From positions 3,072,001-3,136,000 of the forward strand of contig OZ245838.1 in the NCBI GenBank assembly GCA_965228735.1: 64,000 bases of DNA. The letters run 5' to 3'. This document shows, piece by piece, positions 1 to 8,716 of this stretch. Under the pieces are notes generated by a model. It ran no database searches, had not been told where the DNA came from, and saw only the letters and a list, made by a program, of their open reading frames with translations. This DNA comes from Planctomycetota bacterium (GTDB taxonomy: Bacteria; Planctomycetota; UBA1135; UBA2386). A program made the translations under genes and the position numbers. Within the stretch, counting starts at the first letter, position 1. Every line of letters begins with the position of its first letter.

Positions 1-2030
1 GTCGGCCGCCCGCTCGGCAACAGCACGAGCGAGCCCGCGGCCGGCACGAGACCCGCCGGCGTCGGCGCCGCGGCACCGAGCGACAGCCACGTGCGCAGCG
101 CATCGATCTCGGCGAGATCCGCCGCGCGCTTCAAAGGCCAGAACGACGGCATGCGCGTGCCCGGCCGCAGCGTCGGCGCGTTCAGCAGCCAGTTCCGGAA
201 CCAGGCGGGCCGCACCCGCTCGTGCTGGATCGACAGATCCATGCCCTGCGGCCCGAGCGAGGGCGCGCCGGCGAACGTGTGACACTGCACGCAGTTCTTG
301 CCTTCGAGACCCGCGAGCGCGTGCCCGCGCTCGGCGTTCGCAACGGAGAACGTCGGCTCGTCGTCGACGACGCCCGGCGCATCCACCTCGCCGAACAGCT
401 CCGCGTACCTCCCCGCGCGATCGGCGGCGACCTTCGGCATCCGGATCGACAGATAGGGCCGCACGCGGTGTCCCTCCGTCAACACACGCTCGATCCACTT
501 CGCCCGCAACCGCGCGCCGACCTGGCTCAGATCCGGCGGGATGCGACCCTCTTCGCCGAGGTCCTCGCGCTCTTGCAGATGCTTCGTCACCGCCGGCGCG
601 AGGCCGCCGCGACCGTCGCGCACGTGGCACGACAGGCAGCCGTCCTGCAGCAGCATGAGCTCGAGCTGCGCCTTGCCGTCGAGCGGCTGCGCGAGGCTCA
701 CCGTCGCGGCACCGTGCAGCGCCTTGGCCGCGGGCGTCGTCGGACACGCCCGGCCGAGCCGCAGCTCGTTCCAGGCTGGCGCCGCCTTCGCCGCCGGCAT
801 CGCCGCGAGCTGGTCGTCCGCGATCTCGTGGCACGCCACGCACTGCCTCGCGTGCGCTGCGGCGCGCCCGCGCGCCACCGCGGCGGCCGCCGGAAAAGCC
901 GCGCGCGGCGGCGGCACGAGCGCCATCGCCCGCGCCTCGGCGCGCGCGGCCGGCAGGATCTGCTCCTCGACGCCAGGACCGGACCACCACACGTCGAGCT
1001 GCTTGCCGCCACCGGCCTGCGTGAACACGACCTCGAGATCGTGCGGTCCGGCCGCGAGCTCGACCGAGCCGCTCTGCTTCTCGTAGGGATGGTTACCGCT
1101 GTTGGTCACGACGCGCTTGCCGTCGATCCACAGCCACGAACCGTCATCGCTCCCCGTCGTGAACTTCCACTTGCCCGCCGCCGGGACGTCGAGGCTGGCG
1201 CGGAACCGGAGCGCGAAGTTGTTGCCGCGGGTCGCCGGCTTCACGTCGATCACGTCGACGACGCCGGCCGCCGCGACCTCGACACCCTCGAGATCCGGCA
1301 CCTTGCCGTTGGTCTTCATCTCGAAGCACTCGAAGCCGAACCCCGGCACGTCCGCGCCGTCATCGTTGGCGTCGCGCACCTGCACCTGCAGCATCCAGGC
1401 CGCGAGCGCGCTCGCCTCCTTCTTGCCGAGACCGAAGTCGTGCGGGACACCGGGCCGACGCGCGCCGGGCTCGAGCAGGAACGCCATGACGTGCGCATGG
1501 TCGGTGCGCGTCGCGAGCTTCTTCAGTGCGTCGGGCGCGTGGCATGCGCCGCACGCGCGCTGGTGAAACAGCTCCTCACCGAGCCGGATCGTGCCCTCGC
1601 TCGTCGCCGCCGGCTGCAGCTCGACGTCGCCGCCGAGGTCGAGCAGCCACGCCGCGAGGTCGCCGGCATCGTCACCACCGTGGTGCGAACGCAGGAACGC
1701 GGCAGCACCGTCGCGCACGTGCCACGCGGATGCATCGACGAGCGCCGGACCGGCGAGCGGCGCGGTCCGCGCAGCGAGCGGCTTCGGGACCGCGTGGCAG
1801 CGCACGCAGCCCGCTCGCCGCACCGCCAGCTCACCGCTGAGCGCCTCGCGACCTTGCGGATCCTGCGACTGCCCGAGTGACTCCGGCGGCGAAGCGAGTG
1901 GCGAAGCGACCGGCGTCGCGACCGACCCGACACCGAACCCGGCGTAGGCGACCGACGACGGTTCGCCGTTGGATCCGGTCCCGCATGCAGCGAGAAGCGC
2001 GAGGGTGGCCGAGAGGGGTAGCCGAGGCAT
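1..2030 (-). CDS. Multiheme (at least 5 CxxCH) c-type cytochrome lipoprotein with internal PA14 domain; 3' end lies outside the window (not in ORF track)
   Basis: Manual translation from ATG 2030: MPRLPLSATLALLAAC (lipobox). CVRCH 1794-1808, CGACH 1539-1553, CVACH 828-842, CLSCH 624-638, CVQCH 279-293. PA14-like segment NFALRFRASLDVPAAGKWKFTTGSDDGSWLWIDG...LAAGPHDLEVVF...WSGPG. No stop before position 1. Confidence 0.9.
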   Translation of the reverse strand, partial: MPRLPLSATLALLAACGTGSNGEPSSVAYAGFGVGSVATPVASPLASPPESLGQSQDPQGREALSGELAVRRAGCVRCHAVPKPLAARTAPLAGPALVDASAWHVRDGAAAFLRSHHGGDDAGDLAAWLLDLGGDVELQPAATSEGTIRLGEELFHQRACGACHAPDALKKLATRTDHAHVMAFLLEPGARRPGVPHDFGLGKKEASALAAWMLQVQVRDANDDGADVPGFGFECFEMKTNGKVPDLEGVEVAAAGVVDVIDVKPATRGNNFALRFRASLDVPAAGKWKFTTGSDDGSWLWIDGKRVVTNSGNHPYEKQSGSVELAAGPHDLEVVFTQAGGGKQLDVWWSGPGVEEQILPAARAEARAMALVPPPRAAFPAAAAVARGRAAAHARQCVACHEIADDQLAAMPAAKAAPAWNELRLGRACPTTPAAKALHGAATVSLAQPLDGKAQLELMLLQDGCLSCHVRDGRGGLAPAVTKHLQEREDLGEEGRIPPDLSQVGARLRAKWIERVLTEGHRVRPYLSIRMPKVAADRAGRYAELFGEVDAPGVVDDEPTFSVANAERGHALAGLEGKNCVQCHTFAGAPSLGPQGMDLSIQHERVRPAWFRNWLLNAPTLRPGTRMPSFWPLKRAADLAEIDALRTWLSLGAAAPTPAGLVPAAGSLVLLPSGRP

Positions 2031-2101
2031 GACCAGGAAGCTTGCCCGGTCGGCAATCAGGGCGCAACGGGGCGCAGCTCGCCCCGCCGCCGGATCGGGA
2101 G

Positions 2102-5002
2102 TCAGCGCTCTTCGGTGTCGTACTCGAGTGCGAACTCGACCGTCGAACCCGGCTGCTCGACCCGCAGCTCCTGCGGTTTCCCCGTGCCGTAGAGCCGCAC
2201 CCGGTAGAGGCCCGTCGCGCGATCGACGAACTGCGCGACCCCCGCTTCATCGAGCGCCGCACTCGCTACGAGCCGGCCCTCACGCAACAGCTGCACGATG
2301 CTGCCAGGCTGCGCGTCCGGCACCGACACCTCGATCGTCGACCCGAGTTCGAGTGGGATCTCGATCGTGCGCCCGCTGATCACGTCGTTCGGCAACGTCA
2401 GCGTCCGAACCGCCGGGGAGTAACCGGCCGCCCACGCGACGACGGTCGCCGACCGCGTGCTGACGCCGAGGATGCGGAACGTGCCGTCCTCCGCCGTGGT
2501 CGTGCGCGGCTCGTAGACCTGCAGGTCACCTTCGTTGCCGACGAACACGCGCGCATTCGCGACCGGCGCGCCCTTGTCGTCGACCACGCGCCCGAGAACG
2601 AACGCGCCACGCTCGAGCACGATGTCCCCGAGGTCGGTATCGACGCTCGGTGAGAAGTCGATGTCCTGGATGAACGGCACGTAGCCTTCGCAGCGGATCT
2701 CGACGCGGCAGGGCCCGACCGGACAGAGCGGCCAGTCGAGCACCCCGTTCTGGATGTCGACGAGACGCGTGCGACTGTTGCGCTCGGTGTTGCTGCCGCG
2801 CGGCTTGATCTGCATCAGGACCGAGGACAGGCGGGTGCGGCCCGGCAGGCCGGACACGCGGGCCACGAGACGGCAGGTCGGCGGCGCATCGAGCTGCACG
2901 CTGACGGCGCGGTCGGTGCGCGGCACCTCGATGGTCGTGCTGTGGCTGTTGTCGAACGTGGTGATCGTGAGCGTGACGTCGCGATCGCTCGGCAGATCGA
3001 GCGCGAACGCGCCGGCCTGGTCGGTGCGCGCCGGCTGGCCGACGGCGTCGTCCACGATGACGATGGCCCCCACCACGGGCTGGCCGTCCTGGTTCTTCAC
3101 CGTGCCGGTCACGCTGCGACCGGCCGGCAGCTCGAGCTCGAGTTCGGGCGGGTCCTCGCCGAGCGCGAGCGTCACCGCGACCTCGTCCTGCCCCGCCGGC
3201 ATCGACGGCAGCCGCGCACGGACGCGATACTCGCCCGGCATGAGGTCGTTCACGACGAACCGCCCGCCGTCGACCGTGGTCACCGTGCGCTGCGCCTGCG
3301 CGCCGAGCACGGACACCGTCGCGCCGGCCAGCGGTTGATCACCCTGCCGCACGACGCCCTCCACGCTGCAGCCGCGCGACATCACGACATCGCCGATGTC
3401 CCCGTTCGCCGCCGCGTCGGCCGCTGCCGGCACGATGAACCGGAGGTTTCGCACCGCGTAATCGCTGAGCTCGTAGCGCAAGGCGAGCGGCCCGGGCGCC
3501 TGCCCCGTGAACTCGAACGTGCCATCCGCACCCGTGATCGCGAGCAGTTCCTTCTGCTCGACGGTCAGCGCGAGCGTCAGGTCCTGCCCCACGGCGCCGA
3601 TCAACGCGGCGAGATCCGAACCGATCAGGCGCGACGCGTTGCTCCCGAACACCGCGACGCCCGCGAGGGGCTGCCCCTCCGAGTCGACGCACCGGCCACG
3701 CACCCGCGTCGGCTGGACGACCGTGAGCTCGAGCTCCGTGCGCGGTGACTCCTCGATCTGCACCGCCTGCTCGAACGACTCGCTGCGCATGAACGAGACG
3801 CCGCGATCGAGCGCCGCGATCGTCGCGCGCCCCGGCGAGACCGGCCGTTCGAACGCGAACGTCCCGTCCGCCGCAGTCGTCACGCGCTGGATCTCGCCGC
3901 CCGTCTCGACGAAGCGCAGCGTCACGCCGCCAACGTCGAGCGCCGGCTGCCCGTCCGCGGGAGGCGCTCCCACGAGTCGGCCGCTGACGCGCGAACGCCC
4001 CGGCATCTCGAGCACCGTCTCCGCCGGCGTGGCCCGCGCGGTGACCGTGCGGCGCAGCGTGCCGTGCTCGGGATGCCGCGCGAGCAGCAGCATCGTGCCA
4101 CGCGCGAGCCCCTCGAGCGCGAACTCGCCGTTCGGCCCCGACGTCGCGCGCACGGGATCGACGAGCCCGAGCCGCCCGTTGGCCGGGAGCAGCACGAGAT
4201 CCGCGCCCACCACCGGCACCTGCCGGGTCGTGACGACGCGGCCGCGGAGCGCGGCGGCGGCAAACGTATTGAACTTCAGCACCGTGTCCACGGTCTCGCC
4301 GATCAACACCGAGCGACTCACGGGCTGCCAGCGCGGATGCCGCGCGACGAGGCGCACGAGCCCGGCGGGCAGGCCCTCGAAGCTGTAGCCGCCGCGCGTC
4401 GTCGTCACGCGCACCTGCGGCCGGCGCTGACCGTCGAGCGACGACTCGATCGCGACGCGCGCGTTCGCGACGGGCTCGCCTTCGACGTCGGTGACGATGC
4501 CGCCGATCGGGAAGCCCTCGGCGAGCTGCAGCTCGAGCTCGTCGCGCAGCCGTGGCACGGCGAAGAAATCCCCGGCGTAGTCCGGGTGCCGATACTCGAT
4601 GAGCAGATCGTGCTCCTCGCTGAGCTCGAACGTGAAGCGACCGTCGGCGTAGGTGTAGGCCTCCTCGAGCAGCTCGTTGCGCCACTCGGGCGCCGCGGTC
4701 GTGGCCTGCATCACGCGCACCTCGGCGCCGGCCGCGGGTTCGCCGAACGGCGTGCGCACGATCCCGCGCAAGGTGCGCAGGATCGGGAGCCGCGGTCGCT
4801 CGGGCTGGGCCGGCGTCGAACCCGGATCCTGGCTGCCCCCGAGCACTTCCCCGATGTCGGCCCGCGGGGTCTCGACGCGCCCGCGCTCGCTCGTGAGCAG
4901 GGACCACACCGACCACGCCAGCCCGGCGAGGACGAGCACGCCGATGACCCAGGACGAACGGCGGTACTGCCGCGGCTTGGTCGTGATCGTCTGCTGCGTC
5001 AC
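2102..5002 (-). CDS. Membrane-anchored protein with multiple carboxypeptidase-regulatory-like (CarboxypepD_reg/SdrD B-like) beta-sandwich repeats
   Basis: N-terminal TM helix (WVIGVLVLAGLAWSVW), then repeated GxVxDxxGxPVxxAxV...TxxDGxF units; GTG start 2 nt after the kinase stop. Confidence 0.85.
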   Translation of the reverse strand: MTQQTITTKPRQYRRSSWVIGVLVLAGLAWSVWSLLTSERGRVETPRADIGEVLGGSQDPGSTPAQPERPRLPILRTLRGIVRTPFGEPAAGAEVRVMQATTAAPEWRNELLEEAYTYADGRFTFELSEEHDLLIEYRHPDYAGDFFAVPRLRDELELQLAEGFPIGGIVTDVEGEPVANARVAIESSLDGQRRPQVRVTTTRGGYSFEGLPAGLVRLVARHPRWQPVSRSVLIGETVDTVLKFNTFAAAALRGRVVTTRQVPVVGADLVLLPANGRLGLVDPVRATSGPNGEFALEGLARGTMLLLARHPEHGTLRRTVTARATPAETVLEMPGRSRVSGRLVGAPPADGQPALDVGGVTLRFVETGGEIQRVTTAADGTFAFERPVSPGRATIAALDRGVSFMRSESFEQAVQIEESPRTELELTVVQPTRVRGRCVDSEGQPLAGVAVFGSNASRLIGSDLAALIGAVGQDLTLALTVEQKELLAITGADGTFEFTGQAPGPLALRYELSDYAVRNLRFIVPAAADAAANGDIGDVVMSRGCSVEGVVRQGDQPLAGATVSVLGAQAQRTVTTVDGGRFVVNDLMPGEYRVRARLPSMPAGQDEVAVTLALGEDPPELELELPAGRSVTGTVKNQDGQPVVGAIVIVDDAVGQPARTDQAGAFALDLPSDRDVTLTITTFDNSHSTTIEVPRTDRAVSVQLDAPPTCRLVARVSGLPGRTRLSSVLMQIKPRGSNTERNSRTRLVDIQNGVLDWPLCPVGPCRVEIRCEGYVPFIQDIDFSPSVDTDLGDIVLERGAFVLGRVVDDKGAPVANARVFVGNEGDLQVYEPRTTTAEDGTFRILGVSTRSATVVAWAAGYSPAVRTLTLPNDVISGRTIEIPLELGSTIEVSVPDAQPGSIVQLLREGRLVASAALDEAGVAQFVDRATGLYRVRLYGTGKPQELRVEQPGSTVEFALEYDTEER

Positions 5003-5004
5003 GA

Positions 5005-7704
5005 TCAGTCGCTCCCGAGCTTCTCCAGCAGGGTCTTGTAGACGGACTGCGTCGGAAAGAGCTGCGCCATGCGAGCCCAGTCGACCCGCTCGGAGGCCTC
5101 GTCGTAGGCGGCGTCATAGGCTTCGACGATGGCCCGCATCGCGTAGGGTTTGTCGACGCAGCGCTGCATGACGACCATCGCGTCATCCGCGGCGCGCAGC
5201 AGCTCGTCATCGCTCTGCAGCCGCAACCGCATGCGCAGGAGCAACGCCTGCGGATCGGTGTCCGCCTGCTCGATCCAGTCGTCGACGTAGGTGCGCGCCC
5301 GTTCGTCCCCGACGCTCATGTGCAGCCGGGCCGCGATCGGCACGACGCCGCGCTGATCGGAGTGGAGCGCGAAGAAGTCCTCGTCGAACCGCGGCAGCAG
5401 CACGCTGAGCGTTTCCGGCGGGATCGGCAGCACGAGCAGGTTGCGCCACGCCGCGACCTGGATCGCCGGCGGCAGCGGCTCACCGTCCGCATCGAGCAGT
5501 TCGCCACGTTGCTGCGGTTCGGCGACGAGCTGCAGCACCGCGCTCCAGCCGCGCATCGGCGAATCCGGATGCACCGACCGTTCGACCTCGGCGCGCGCTT
5601 CCGCCGCGACGGCCCGCTGCTCGACCGGATCGCCCGACAAACCGGCGAGCTGCGCGGCGCGGCGCGCGAACTCGGCCGCGAGCCCCGTCGGCCGGCCGCG
5701 GCGCCCGATCGCCGGCGGCGGCTCACCGAGCAGCTCGAGCGCGAACTCGTGCAGCCGCCGCCGGTCGGCGTAGCCGAGCTCGAACTCCATCATGTTGCAC
5801 TCGGCCGTCGGGCACAGTCCGGCGACGCACCAGAGGAGCCGACCGAAGATCCGCCGCCGCTCGGCCGCCGCGTCCACTAGATCCGCTCGCAGCTGCGCGA
5901 TGCCGCGCGCGATGTCGTCCTTGCCCTCGTCGACGAGCCGCAGCACCGCGAGCAGCGACTTCGGGAAGATCGCGCCCGGCCGCAGGTAACCCGCGAGCGC
6001 GAGATCGGTCTGCGCGTCGCCGACGCGCGCCATCGACTGGGTGAGGTTGGCCACCGCGCGGCCGAGGAAGAGCCGGTACAGCGCGAGTTCGACGTCGAGC
6101 TCGTCGCCCGTGCGGGTCGAGACCGCGTCGGTGATCGCGGCCTGATACTCCCGCCAGGCCTCGTAGCCGCGACCCTCCCGCAGGAGCCGGCTCGCGGACG
6201 GCAACGGATCGTCGACGTAGGCCCGCTCCATCGAGCGGACCATCGGATCGTCCGGCAGCTCGGCGTGGGCCGTCGCGAGCTGCTTCAACACCTCGCCGTC
6301 GGCGGGCGCCACCTCACACGGAATCCCGGTCAGCGCCTCGAGCAGCGGTGCTGGCCCGGCCTGGCCACCCAGCTGACTGCCGATGCCGTTCGCGATCTCC
6401 TGGAGCAGGACCTGGTGCCGCGAGACGAGGTGGTGCCCCTTCTCCGTGCGCCAGAATCCGAGCAACACGAGCGTGACGAGCAACAGGATTGCGGCCGCCG
6501 CGATCGCGCTGGCGAGCCCCGGGTTCTTGCGTGCGCGGCGCAGGATGCGCGTGTGCAGCGGCAGCCGGCGGATGTGCACCGGCTCGCCGTCGCGGATGCG
6601 CAACAGGTCGCGGGCGAGCGCTTCGCCGTCCTGATAGCGATCGGCGGGCTCACGACTCAGCAGCTTCTCGAGCACGGCATCGAGATCGCGCGGCGCCTTC
6701 GGCACGAGCTCCCGCAGCCGGCGCGGCGTGCCGTGCAGGATCGCGGACAGCAGCGCCTCCGTCGTCTTCGCGGCGAACGGCAGCTGCCCCGACACCGTCT
6801 CGAAGATCGTCACCCCGAGCGCGTAGAGGTCGCTCGCGGGCGTGAGTTCGTCACCGAGTGCCTGCTCCGGCGAGCTGTAGTGCAGTGTGCCGAGGAAGCC
6901 GCCGCCCTTGCTCGTGAGCTGCGCCGACACGTTGTCGAGCGCCTTCGCGAGACCGAAGTCCGTGAGCGCGAGCGTGCCGTCGCCCGCGACCAGGATGTTG
7001 CCGGGCTTGACGTCGCGATGCAGCAGCCGCCGCCGGTGCGCGAGCCCGAGCGCGTCCGCCACACCGGCGAAGCGATGCGCGGCCTCGACCGGGTCCATGT
7101 GCGGCCGCCGCAGCCGGCGCGCCCCCGCGATGTGCTTGTCGAGGCTCATGCCGTCGACGCGCTCCATCGTGAAGAACATCATGCCCTGCGACTCGCCGTA
7201 GTCGTAGATCGGGACGATGTGGCGGTGGTGCAGCGCCGCGGTCGCCCGCGCCTCGGCGCGGAAGCGCTTCTGCATCGTCGGGTCGGCCGAGTAGTTCGGC
7301 GACAGGACCTTGATCGCGACCTCGCGCTCGAGCTCCTGCTGGTAGCCGAGGTAGACCGTGCCCATGCCACCGCGACCGAGCAGGCCCTTGATCTCGTATT
7401 CCGCGATCCGCGTCGGGACGTTGGCCGTGCCGCCGACGACCTCGTTCACGAAGTCGAGCGCGTCGAGCCGCGCGATCAGGTCCTCGGACTCGTTCGAACG
7501 TTCCCCGACGAGCGAGTGGCGCAGCGACTCGCTCGTGGTGTCGCCGCGCAGCACCTCGGCCAGGCGAGCGTCCGCGTCGCCGCCATCCGGAGCCGCGCCC
7601 CCGGGGTCGAGCTGCTCCCGACCCGGTCCATCGAGGTCATGACCCTCACCGCCGGCGTCGCGGCGCGCGCCGTTGTCGTCGAGCGGGTGCGGCTCCTTGG
7701 TCAC
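5005..7704 (-). CDS. Hanks-type Ser/Thr protein kinase with TM helix and helical (TPR-like) C-terminal extracytoplasmic region
   Basis: LGRGGMGTVY, VAIK, HRDVKPGN, DFG, GTLHYSSPEQ, SDLYALG motifs; TM ASAIAAAAILLLVTLVLLGFW. Confidence 0.95.
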   Translation of the reverse strand: MTKEPHPLDDNGARRDAGGEGHDLDGPGREQLDPGGAAPDGGDADARLAEVLRGDTTSESLRHSLVGERSNESEDLIARLDALDFVNEVVGGTANVPTRIAEYEIKGLLGRGGMGTVYLGYQQELEREVAIKVLSPNYSADPTMQKRFRAEARATAALHHRHIVPIYDYGESQGMMFFTMERVDGMSLDKHIAGARRLRRPHMDPVEAAHRFAGVADALGLAHRRRLLHRDVKPGNILVAGDGTLALTDFGLAKALDNVSAQLTSKGGGFLGTLHYSSPEQALGDELTPASDLYALGVTIFETVSGQLPFAAKTTEALLSAILHGTPRRLRELVPKAPRDLDAVLEKLLSREPADRYQDGEALARDLLRIRDGEPVHIRRLPLHTRILRRARKNPGLASAIAAAAILLLVTLVLLGFWRTEKGHHLVSRHQVLLQEIANGIGSQLGGQAGPAPLLEALTGIPCEVAPADGEVLKQLATAHAELPDDPMVRSMERAYVDDPLPSASRLLREGRGYEAWREYQAAITDAVSTRTGDELDVELALYRLFLGRAVANLTQSMARVGDAQTDLALAGYLRPGAIFPKSLLAVLRLVDEGKDDIARGIAQLRADLVDAAAERRRIFGRLLWCVAGLCPTAECNMMEFELGYADRRRLHEFALELLGEPPPAIGRRGRPTGLAAEFARRAAQLAGLSGDPVEQRAVAAEARAEVERSVHPDSPMRGWSAVLQLVAEPQQRGELLDADGEPLPPAIQVAAWRNLLVLPIPPETLSVLLPRFDEDFFALHSDQRGVVPIAARLHMSVGDERARTYVDDWIEQADTDPQALLLRMRLRLQSDDELLRAADDAMVVMQRCVDKPYAMRAIVEAYDAAYDEASERVDWARMAQLFPTQSVYKTLLEKLGSD

Positions 7705-7727
7705 GGATCCCTCTTGGGTGGGACGGG

Positions 7728-8249
7728 TCAGGCCTTGAGTTCTTGCGCGAGTCGCTTGAGCGCGCGGCTCAGCAACAGGTGGACCGCGTTCTCGGAACGG
7801 TCCATCCTCTCCCCGACTTCCTTGGCTGACAATCCCTCGATCTTCATCAGCAAGATCACCTCACGGTGATCCTCCGACAGGCGCTCCATCGCCGCGCCCA
7901 GCAGCTCGAGGCGATCGCGCCGATCGGCGTGCGTGACGGGCCCCGAACGACGATCCGTGATCGGCAGCTCGGTCTTGATCGCGTGCTCCTTGCGCGGGTC
8001 GCGCGCGGCGACGCCGAGCTGGTCGCGGATGATTCGCGCGACCTTGCGGCGCGCGAGCGTCACGAGCCAGGCGCCGGCGTTCTCCGCGTCGCTGAGCGTC
8101 GCCCACGAGTTGACCGCCTCGATCGCGACCTCCTGGAGGATGTCCTCGGGGTCCATGCGCGTCCGAAGATTCGGCCCCATACGCAGATAGATCACCGACA
8201 GCAGACGCTCTCGGTGCTGCTCGAAGGCAACCTCGGGGGACAGGGACAT
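7728..8249 (-). CDS. ECF sigma-70 factor (planctomycete-type, kinase-associated)
   Basis: Start reassigned to ATG 8249 (MSLSPEVAFEQHRERL). Region 2 LRTRMDPEDILQEV...WLVTLARRK; region 4 LSEDHREVILL..IEGLSAKEVGERMDRSENAV..LLSRALKRL. Confidence 0.93.
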   Translation of the reverse strand: MSLSPEVAFEQHRERLLSVIYLRMGPNLRTRMDPEDILQEVAIEAVNSWATLSDAENAGAWLVTLARRKVARIIRDQLGVAARDPRKEHAIKTELPITDRRSGPVTHADRRDRLELLGAAMERLSEDHREVILLMKIEGLSAKEVGERMDRSENAVHLLLSRALKRLAQELKA

Positions 8250-8716
8250 GGAACTCGCGGGGCAGATACGCGGCAACGGCCCCAGGATTCGGGCATTCCG
8301 CCGGCCCCAGGCTACTCGATAACGGTCGGACGTGCGAGCCAGGGCCGGTGCGCGATTCGCGGCAGCGTGTTGTGGCGCCGGCCCTTGCGGCGGTCGGGAG
8401 TCAGTCGTGAGCTCGGGCTGCGCCACCCTCCGACGATGCCATCTCGCGCTCGCCGTTCCGCGACTTCCGCGCGACGGCGCGGCGCAGCTTGATGCTGCCG
8501 TGCACCTTCTCGGGCGCCAGATAGAAGAGCGTGCCGTGGCCGATTCCGAAGACGCCGCGATCCCACTGCCGAACGGTCCCACTGCCGAATGGTGGCCACC
8601 GATCTCAGCCCATCGGCAAGGCGCTTCGCAACGGGCAACCCCTCCACCGATGGCCGCAAAGCCCGATGCCACCGGCGGGCCTGCCCACCGCGACCGCGGT
8701 CGGCCGACGGACTATC

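Noticed and set aside
222..1880. 552-aa plus-strand ORF and nested ORFs
   Set aside because: Antisense shadow of the minus-strand cytochrome gene (1-2030), which has clear motifs; the shadow is Arg-rich with no motifs.
8250..8716. N-terminal extensions of the ECF (to 8672) and S8 (from 8531) given in the ORF track
   Set aside because: The extensions overlap each other and lack domain features; downstream ATGs give canonical N-termini. The same logic was used to shorten starts at 12169, 12930, 15031, 17657, 20113, 30050, 37192, 42256, 46557 and 55551.
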